Source: an uncultured Lachnospiraceae bacterium (GTDB lineage: Bacteria > Bacillota > Clostridia > Lachnospirales > Lachnospiraceae). From it: a stretch of 64,000 nt of DNA. Both the position numbers and the translations under genes were made by a program. The DNA lies in assembly GCA_910578475.1 (NCBI GenBank), contig CAJTRK010000008.1, positions 31,082 to 95,081 of the forward strand. The letters are read 5' to 3'. The notes below the pieces were generated by a model. That model ran no database searches, was not told where the DNA came from, and saw only the letters and a list, made by a program, of their open reading frames with translations. Shown in pieces: positions 55,853-62,644 of this stretch (the first letter of the stretch is position 1; every line of letters starts with the position of its first letter).

Positions 55853-57133
55853 ATGGGAAAGGAATGCGAGAACGATGCTGACAGATTTTCCGGTATTCTT
55901 GAAAAGCCCTTCTGCATCTACGGCGCCGGCATCGTTGCGACCAGCGTTTACACCGCAATCCGGACGCTGTACCGGAAAAAACCTCTTTTTTTCCTGGTAT
56001 CGGATGCTGCGGAAGGAAAGCCGGACGAGAACCCATATGAAATAAACGGTATTCCGGTAAAAAGAATGTCCGAATGGAAGCCTGGGAAATTTTCAGCAGG
56101 AAGCCGGCCGGAATACTATCTCGTTGTCGCTCCCGAGACGCATCATCCCGCCATAACGGAGTCATTGCATTCTCTGCGGATAGAAGATTCCCGAATCGTT
56201 CTGTTTACCGGTGAACTGGAAAATCAGTTTATGGAAGCCTATTACAGCAGCCTGCCGGGATGCGGCACGGTAAAGAAACTGTTGGCCGCAAAAGCGGGAT
56301 ATGCGCAGGAAACTGTTGCTATGAAAGAAATCGTAAAGAAGCCTGATTATGCAAGAGAGGATACTGCAGCAGAATCAGCGGCAGGATTGGCCATCATGAT
56401 ACCGCATGAAGCTGAGACGACCGCGGCCCGTAAGCCGGATATCCTCCGCGTCTTTCAGGCCAAATGTCATGTGGACCGCCCCTTACAGAATCCGGTACAG
56501 AACCCTTCTTATGTGTACCCGATTCAGGTCGGCGCAGACCTTACGGAGCAGATTATCTCCGGACTGCAGGATAATCAGGGGGAAAATATTTCCTGCAAAA
56601 ACCGCAATTACTGTGAGCTGACCGCTACATATTATGCCTGGAAGAATTGTCAGGCGGCTTACAAGGGATTATGCCATTACCGGCGGATTTTTGAAATAGA
56701 TGACTGCCAGATGCGGGAGTTGATGAACCGGCGGGAGGAATGGGATGTGATTCTTCCCTATCCGTCCGTCCATTATCCGAACATTTCTACACAGCATCTT
56801 CGCTATATCCGGGAGGAAGACTGGCAGGCGATGCTGCGGGCATTGGAAGAAACTGCGCCGGATTATTTTGCGGCCTGGCGGCAACTGGTCGATGGCGGAG
56901 AGCAGTTCTTTTATAATTACAATATGCTGATTGCCAGAGCCGAAGTATTTGACGATTACTGCGATTTCCTTTTTTCCGTTCTGGAGCGGGCGGAAGCGCT
57001 GACGACGCCGAAGGGATGGGAGCGGGCTGACCGTTTTGCGGGATATATGGGCGAGAATCTGACGACGCTTTATTTTTTGAAAAACAAAGATAAATTAAAG
57101 ATTTTACATGCGGGAAAACGATGGCTGGTTTAA
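55853..57133 (+). CDS. DUF4422-type putative glycosyltransferase with an N-terminal Rossmann-like module
   Basis: ILRVFQAKCHVDRPL, YPIQVGA, NRNYCELTATYYAWKN and GLCHYRRIFE resemble DUF4422. The N-terminus reads FCIYGAGIVATSVYTAI...FLVSD...INGIPV. GGAGG precedes the ATG at 55853. Confidence 0.6.
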   Translation: MGKECENDADRFSGILEKPFCIYGAGIVATSVYTAIRTLYRKKPLFFLVSDAAEGKPDENPYEINGIPVKRMSEWKPGKFSAGSRPEYYLVVAPETHHPAITESLHSLRIEDSRIVLFTGELENQFMEAYYSSLPGCGTVKKLLAAKAGYAQETVAMKEIVKKPDYAREDTAAESAAGLAIMIPHEAETTAARKPDILRVFQAKCHVDRPLQNPVQNPSYVYPIQVGADLTEQIISGLQDNQGENISCKNRNYCELTATYYAWKNCQAAYKGLCHYRRIFEIDDCQMRELMNRREEWDVILPYPSVHYPNISTQHLRYIREEDWQAMLRALEETAPDYFAAWRQLVDGGEQFFYNYNMLIARAEVFDDYCDFLFSVLERAEALTTPKGWERADRFAGYMGENLTTLYFLKNKDKLKILHAGKRWLV

Positions 57134-57180
57134 TTGTGACCTTTTCAAACCATAAAACAGTCTAAAAGAAAGGCAAAATT

Positions 57181-58263
57181 ATGACACAGATAATTTCAAA
57201 CAGTGATAATCGGGTATATCAGAAAAATGACGCTGCGTCGGCATCCGTGGAGGCGGCCCTGCCGCTGGAAGCGCTAGCCGGCAAGACAGTCCTTCTGTCC
57301 GGCGCGACGGGCATGATTGGAAAATGTATGATAGACCTGTTGATGCAGTATAATCACAATCATATGGAAGGAGAACCGATTCGTATCGTTGCCTTGAGCC
57401 GAAACCGTCAGAGTGCGGAGAAACGGCTGGCGGAATATTGGAAGGAAGAAGCTTTCCGTTATTTTGCCTGTGATGTCAATCAGGAAATCCCGGAGTGCGG
57501 TCAGGCGGATTACGTTATTCATGCGGCGAGCAATACGCATCCCCTGCAATATTCCCAGGATTCTATCGGGACGATTACGGCAAATGTGATTGGAACGAAG
57601 AACCTGTTGAATTATGCGGTTTCCCATAAAACGGAGCGTTTCTGTTTTGTTTCGTCAGTAGAAATATATGGGGAGAACCGGGGAGATGTGGAACGGTTTC
57701 AGGAGGATTATCTCGGTTATCTGAACTGTAATACGCTGCGCGCCGGGTATCCAGAGAGCAAGCGGGTGGGAGAAACGCTGTGTAACGCCTATGGTCAGAC
57801 TTATCAGCTTGATTTCGTTATTCCGAGACTGAGCAGGACGTATGGACCGACCATGCTTCCTTCTGACTCCAAAGCGATTGCACAGTTCATTAAGAAAGCG
57901 GCTGCAGGGGAAGACATTGTTCTGAAAAGCGCGGGCACACAGTTGTATTCCTATGCTTATGCGCCGGATGCGGCAACGGGGATTCTCACAGTATTGCTGA
58001 AAGGAAAGAGCGGAGAGGCCTATAATGTTTCTGATACGGATTCAGAAGTAACGTTAAGGCAGATAACGGAATGGCTGGCAGAAGACAATGGTGTAAAAGT
58101 AACGTTTGAAGTGCCGGATGTGACCGAGCAGGCCGGTTATTCGACTGCGACGAGAGCGCTTCTCGATACGGAAAAAATAGCGGCGCTTGGGTGGCGGCCG
58201 CAGACGCATATGCGGGAAGGACTTATGGAAACGGTAAGAAGTCTGCGGGAAACGCAGTCCTGA
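57181..58263 (+). CDS. NAD-dependent extended-SDR sugar-nucleotide epimerase/dehydratase/decarboxylase family protein
   Basis: VLLSGATGMIGKCMIDLL (GxxGxxG) and YPESKRVGE (YxxxK). Confidence 0.75.
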   Translation: MTQIISNSDNRVYQKNDAASASVEAALPLEALAGKTVLLSGATGMIGKCMIDLLMQYNHNHMEGEPIRIVALSRNRQSAEKRLAEYWKEEAFRYFACDVNQEIPECGQADYVIHAASNTHPLQYSQDSIGTITANVIGTKNLLNYAVSHKTERFCFVSSVEIYGENRGDVERFQEDYLGYLNCNTLRAGYPESKRVGETLCNAYGQTYQLDFVIPRLSRTYGPTMLPSDSKAIAQFIKKAAAGEDIVLKSAGTQLYSYAYAPDAATGILTVLLKGKSGEAYNVSDTDSEVTLRQITEWLAEDNGVKVTFEVPDVTEQAGYSTATRALLDTEKIAALGWRPQTHMREGLMETVRSLRETQS

Positions 58264-58301
58264 CGGTCGGAGAATGTAATCCCGGCAGATGGGCCTGCGT
58301 T

Positions 58302-59414
58302 TTACGTCAGCTCCCGCAGTCTCTTCCGCGCCATCTCAAAACCACCGCACTTCCGGTAATATTTTCTTGCCTCGTCTTTTTGTCCGGTGCATTCGTAAAT
58401 AACACCGATATTATAGTATGCGCGGTAGCTGTTGATGCCTTCCACCGAAAACTGTTCCATAGAGGTACACTTTATAAACTCTTCAACAGCTTCCGTAAAC
58501 AGGCCGTTGTTCATATAAATCAGTCCCATCAGGAAGACAAAATCGGCCCGGACGGCGAAGACTTCATAAATATTCTCAAGCTGTAAAGCTTCCTGAAAGC
58601 GTTTCATATCCAGCAGACAATATCCATAAGATTCCACCATATTCTGAACATAATCCTGAGAGGGCTCTATATCCATGGAAAGTCCGAGGTTAAACCATTC
58701 ATAAGCTTTCTCATAGTCTTTCAGTTTCATACAGCTCTGGGCAAGCTGATAATAAAGATAGGCATCGGGGCCGGCGGTCTTGAGTTCCTGCTCCAGCAGG
58801 GCGATGTTTCGGCGGGATTTCGCCTGCATTTCTTCCTCAGAACCGTCATAACCGACATGAAGGACGGTAATCGGAGCGGCATAGACCGGTATGGGCTGTG
58901 AAGCATCGGATATGTCTGCTTCGGCGGAGGAACCTTCGACGCTGCAATCTTTCGTACAAGTTAGTTTCCGCGTCACCTGTTCGTGGATTTTTCCGCTAAA
59001 ACAATAGTATTTTCTGTTAAAAAAGCGGCAGAGCCGCACATTTTCGAAGTTGGTCAGTCCGTTTTGCCGAAAGCGGTTGCGCAGCAAGATGCGCCCGGCC
59101 CGTTCGGGATACTGCGCCATCAGTCCGGACAGTTCTTTCTCATCGAGATGCTCCAGGTATTCGTCGCAGTCGAGGCTGAGAATCCAGTCGTTGGAAGCCT
59201 TCAGGACCGCAAAGTTCTTGGCGGCGCTAAAATCGTTTATCCAGTCGAAGTGATAAATTTTATCAGTGTATTTTGCTGCGATTTCCAGGGTCTTATCGGT
59301 AGACCCTGTATCCACCAAAACTATCTCGTAATGGTAGGGTTTTATCCTTTTTAAACATTCTTCTATATGTTGTTCTTCATTTCTGGCAATGATACAAACG
59401 GATATTTGCAGCAT
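58302..59414 (-). CDS. GT2 + TPR glycosyltransferase, paralogue 4 of 5
   Basis: MLQISVCIIARNEEQHIEECLKRIKPYHYEIVLVDTGSTDKT...DFSAAKNF...LDCDEY, with a TPR-like C-terminal half. Confidence 0.75.
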   Translation of the reverse strand: MLQISVCIIARNEEQHIEECLKRIKPYHYEIVLVDTGSTDKTLEIAAKYTDKIYHFDWINDFSAAKNFAVLKASNDWILSLDCDEYLEHLDEKELSGLMAQYPERAGRILLRNRFRQNGLTNFENVRLCRFFNRKYYCFSGKIHEQVTRKLTCTKDCSVEGSSAEADISDASQPIPVYAAPITVLHVGYDGSEEEMQAKSRRNIALLEQELKTAGPDAYLYYQLAQSCMKLKDYEKAYEWFNLGLSMDIEPSQDYVQNMVESYGYCLLDMKRFQEALQLENIYEVFAVRADFVFLMGLIYMNNGLFTEAVEEFIKCTSMEQFSVEGINSYRAYYNIGVIYECTGQKDEARKYYRKCGGFEMARKRLRELT

Positions 59415-59416
59415 GA

Positions 59417-60463
59417 TTACAGTTCTTCCAATCTTTTTACGGCATTGTTATAGTCTCCGCATTTCTGATAGTATTCCCGTGCTTTGTCTTTATCGCCCAA
59501 CGTTTCATAAATAAAGCCGATATTATAGTAGGCGCGGTAGCTGTTGACGCCCTTACGGGAATAGGAAGTCAGGGTCGTTGCTTTTTCAAATTCCCGGATT
59601 GCTTTATCCCACATATTTTTTTTCATATAAACAACACCCATCATATAAACGAAATCGGCGTGATGAGAAAACTGTTCATATTTATTCTTAAGCGCCATTG
59701 CCAAATCATATTTGGCAAGTTCAATCAGACAGTAGCCATACGTTTCGGTCATGCTCTGGACAAAGGCGGAGTTAGGGTCTGCGTTGAGTTCCAGACCGAG
59801 TTTGTGATAGTAAGCGGCCTTTTCCAGGTCATTAAGCGAAATATAATTTTGGCCGAGCTGGAAATAGATATAAGGATTCGGCCCTTTCAGTTCCAGGTCG
59901 TGCAGAAGCATTTCCAGGTTACGGGCAGCGCGCATCCGCTTATCCGATTCCGCCACATAGCCTTCATGATAAAAGGTCAGTGGAATCGGAAAGGTATTCG
60001 GTTCCTTTCCGTCAAGCGTTGTGACCTGTTCGTGAATATTCCCTTCATAATGGCAGTAGTTCCGGTTAAAAAGCCTTCCGATGCGCTCGGACATGACGGA
60101 GCGGACGCCCTGAAGGGTATACGGATTGTTGCGGATAATCATGCCGACGGAGGTCAGGTTATCCTCCAGAGCTTCTTCAATGTCTGCAAGATTAATATTT
60201 TCCAGATATTCGTCACAGTCGATGGCAAGAATCCAGTCGTTCGATGCCTGCGCAATGGAAAAATTTCTGGCGGCGCTAAAGTCGTCGCACCAGTCAAAAT
60301 GGAAAACTTTATCGGTATATTTTCGGGCGGTTTCCATCGTTCTGTCAACGGAACCCGTATCGACAACGATAATTTCAAATTTACATGGCCGGAGCCTTTT
60401 TAAACATTCTTCAATATGGATATCTTCATTTTTTGCAATCATGCAGACGGAAACAGGGAACAT
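59417..60463 (-). CDS. GT2 + TPR glycosyltransferase, paralogue 5 of 5
   Basis: MFPVSVCMIAKNEDIHIEECLKRLRPCKFEIIVVDTGSVDRT...DFSAARNF...IDCDEY. The start at 60463 is chosen by alignment with the paralogues. The track start at 60517 would add 18 aa. Confidence 0.75.
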   Translation of the reverse strand: MFPVSVCMIAKNEDIHIEECLKRLRPCKFEIIVVDTGSVDRTMETARKYTDKVFHFDWCDDFSAARNFSIAQASNDWILAIDCDEYLENINLADIEEALEDNLTSVGMIIRNNPYTLQGVRSVMSERIGRLFNRNYCHYEGNIHEQVTTLDGKEPNTFPIPLTFYHEGYVAESDKRMRAARNLEMLLHDLELKGPNPYIYFQLGQNYISLNDLEKAAYYHKLGLELNADPNSAFVQSMTETYGYCLIELAKYDLAMALKNKYEQFSHHADFVYMMGVVYMKKNMWDKAIREFEKATTLTSYSRKGVNSYRAYYNIGFIYETLGDKDKAREYYQKCGDYNNAVKRLEEL

Positions 60464-60618
60464 GGTTATCATCATGCCTTTCTTTTGCGGGTTATGTAAA
60501 ATCTTATATGAGACCATTTTATCATGTTCTGAGGATTCCGCAACCTATAAATTCCTATATTTTCTCCCGGTTTTTTCTATGCTTTTTGCCCAATAAATCA
60601 TGTTGATTTTCTGCTATT

Positions 60619-60648
60619 TTGACCAAAGTAACGAAATTTCGTTAAAAT
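60619..60648 (+). promoter_or_regulatory. Sigma-A-like promoter with an embedded perfect palindrome (candidate operator)
   Basis: TTGACC (60619-60624), an 18-nt spacer, then TAAAAT (60643-60648). The spacer contains the perfect 14-bp palindrome AACGAAATTTCGTT (60630-60643). Confidence 0.5.
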
Positions 60649-60767
60649 AATGGAATAAGTGGTTCCTTTTCGCCGGCAAATGTGGTAAAGTAATAATAAG
60701 TCATGGGAGATAAGGGGGAATTATCTTCTCGGTGAGTATAATGATTACTTTTAAGGAGGACTGGTTT

Positions 60768-61109
60768 ATGACCAAGGCAGAAATTTTAAAGACAGAGATT
60801 TTAACACAGTATAAGAGCGTCAGACAATTTGCAATTGAGATGGAAATCCCCTATTCTACGCTCGTAACGGCTCTTGACAGAGGCATCGAAGGAATGGCAT
60901 ACGGAACTGTTATCAGGATGTGCGACAAATTGAATCTTAATCCTGTTGATTTTTCCCCGCTTGATAAGAAAAGTCCACTGGGCAGTAAGATTCTGGAAAA
61001 CAGAGTTATGCAGTACTACATCAAACTGAACAAGACCGGCAGGAAGAAAGCGCTGGAGCTGATGGAAGATTATGCACAGCTTGAGAAATATCAGGCAGCA
61101 GAACAGTGA
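60768..61109 (+). CDS. Small helix-turn-helix (XRE-like) transcriptional regulator
   Basis: YKSVRQFAIEMEIPYSTLVTALDRG is an HTH segment. AAGGAGGA lies 8 nt before the ATG at 60768. The stop overlaps the glf start (GTGATG). Confidence 0.6.
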   Translation: MTKAEILKTEILTQYKSVRQFAIEMEIPYSTLVTALDRGIEGMAYGTVIRMCDKLNLNPVDFSPLDKKSPLGSKILENRVMQYYIKLNKTGRKKALELMEDYAQLEKYQAAEQ

Positions 61110-62257
61110 TGCAGTACGATTATCTGGTGGTTGGCGCGGGACTGTTCGGAGCCGTGTTCGCACATGAGATGAAGAAAAAGGGCAGCAAAGTCCTTGTCAT
61201 CGACAAAAGAGAACATATTGCCGGAAATATTTATACGGAATCCGTTCTTAACATCAACGTGCATAAATACGGCGCACATATTTTTCATACATCGGATGAA
61301 AAAATATGGAATTATATCGGACAGTTCGCAACTTTCAATCATTACATTAACTCGCCGATAGCGAGATACCATGAGGAACTGTACAATCTTCCTTTTAATA
61401 TGAACACTTTCAGTAAGATGTGGGGTGTCGTAACGCCTGCAGAGGCGAAAGCGGAAATTGCGCGGCAGATAGAGGAACTTCATATCGAAGAGCCTCAGAA
61501 TCTGGAAGAACAGGCGCTTTCTCTGGCGGGAAGAGATGTGTACGAGAAACTTGTCAAAGGTTATACGGAGAAACAGTGGGGACGGGAATGTAAAGAACTG
61601 CCGGCCTTTATTATTAAAAGGCTGCCGCTGCGTTTTACCTATGACAACAATTATTTTAATGACCCGCATCAGGGGATTCCGGTCGGCGGTTATACCCGTA
61701 TCGTGGAAAAGATGCTTGACGGTATCGAAGTAATAACCGGGGTCAGTTATCAGGAATATATAGAGTCTTCCCCGACGGGAGGCAAAACGATATTTACTGA
61801 CAGACAGGGAAATACCTTCGACAAAGTGTTATATACGGGTATGCTCGATGAATTTTTCCAATTTCAGTTAGGGCATCTGGAATACCGGGCCCTTCGATTT
61901 GAGCAGGAAGAACTGCCGGAATGTGAGAATTATCAGGGCAATGCGGTCGTTAATTATACGGACCGGGAGACTGCCTATACGAGAATCATCGAACACAAAC
62001 ATTTTGAGTTTGGGAAACAGCCCGGAACCGTTATTACGCGAGAATACCCGACGGAATGGAAACCGGGAGAGGAACCCTACTATCCGGTAAACAACGAAAA
62101 GAACAATGCTTTATTTGCCGCATACCGGAAGCTTGCCGAAACACAGCCGCAGGTTCTGTTCGGCGGACGCCTCGGAGCGTATCAGTACTACGATATGGAT
62201 AAAGTAATAGCGGCAGCTTTAGAGATGGTGGAAAAGGAAGCAGCCAGAGCGAATTAG
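61109..62257 (+). CDS. glf: UDP-galactopyranose mutase
   Basis: MQYDYLVVGAGLFGAVFAHEMKKKGSKVLVIDKREHIAGNIYTE...VHKYGAHIFHT...GGRLGAYQYYDMDKVIAAAL is canonical Glf. Confidence 0.9.
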   Translation: MQYDYLVVGAGLFGAVFAHEMKKKGSKVLVIDKREHIAGNIYTESVLNINVHKYGAHIFHTSDEKIWNYIGQFATFNHYINSPIARYHEELYNLPFNMNTFSKMWGVVTPAEAKAEIARQIEELHIEEPQNLEEQALSLAGRDVYEKLVKGYTEKQWGRECKELPAFIIKRLPLRFTYDNNYFNDPHQGIPVGGYTRIVEKMLDGIEVITGVSYQEYIESSPTGGKTIFTDRQGNTFDKVLYTGMLDEFFQFQLGHLEYRALRFEQEELPECENYQGNAVVNYTDRETAYTRIIEHKHFEFGKQPGTVITREYPTEWKPGEEPYYPVNNEKNNALFAAYRKLAETQPQVLFGGRLGAYQYYDMDKVIAAALEMVEKEAARAN

Positions 62258-62272
62258 CTCTGGCTGTTTTAT
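62241..62272 (+). terminator. Rho-independent terminator overlapping the glf stop codon
   Basis: CAGCCAGAGC-gaatta-GCTCTGGCTG is a perfect 10-bp stem followed by TTTTATATT. Confidence 0.8.
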
Positions 62273-62281
62273 ATTGAGGAG

Positions 62282-62465
62282 CCTCTACCGCCAGCCGGGC
62301 CGGAAGGAAGCATCGTTTTCTGGCGGAGACCCTTGAAGAGCGCCGGCATTTAGCGCAAAGGCGGCTTTGCAGCATTTGCGCTTAGTACCGCTGCTGCTCT
62401 TCACGGAGCGGGAGCGTGCCTCCAAAGAAAATGATGCTTCCTTCCGGCCCGGCTGGCGGTGGAGG
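62282..62465 (+). repeat. 184-nt GC-rich extended hairpin with 40-nt terminal inverted arms
   Basis: Arm 1 (62282-62321) is CCTCTACCGCCAGCCGGGCCGGAAGGAAGCATCGTTTTCT. Arm 2 (62426-62465) is AGAAAATGATGCTTCCTTCCGGCCCGGCTGGCGGTGGAGG. They are complementary at 38 of 40 positions. Inner pairs such as GAAGAGC/GCTCTTC and AGCGCAAA/TTTGCGCT extend the stem. Confidence 0.7.
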
Positions 62466-62644
62466 TCCAACCCCATTTTCTTCTCCGCAAACTCTTGACA
62501 ACAGCCTTAAAACTGCTATAATCATCTTAAATAATTTGAATATCAAAATATTAATATTTCAAACTATATGCAAAATTGATTTGCAGGCACAAGTTTACTG
62601 CAAAAGTTTGCGGCGAAAATTTTGCCTGGATAGGAGGATTCGTG

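Noticed and set aside
59660-60403. Long plus-strand ORFs (247 aa here; also 11511..12083, 12126..12650, 14403..15050, 4235..4864 and 58983..59354) lying opposite glycosyltransferase genes.
   Set aside because: Each lies antisense to a minus-strand gene with clear GT2 or CgeB-like motifs and a sensible start and RBS. Their translations are low-complexity and Arg/Phe-rich with no motifs.
10959-60517. The island read as a capsule, wall-teichoic-acid or O-antigen locus.
   Set aside because: I found no flippase, polymerase, chain-length regulator, ABC exporter, LCP ligase or polyprenyl-phosphate priming transferase. Flagellar genes flank the island and additional glycosyltransferase genes sit inside flagellar operons. 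This cannot be fully excluded without TM/HMM analysis and the rest of the genome.
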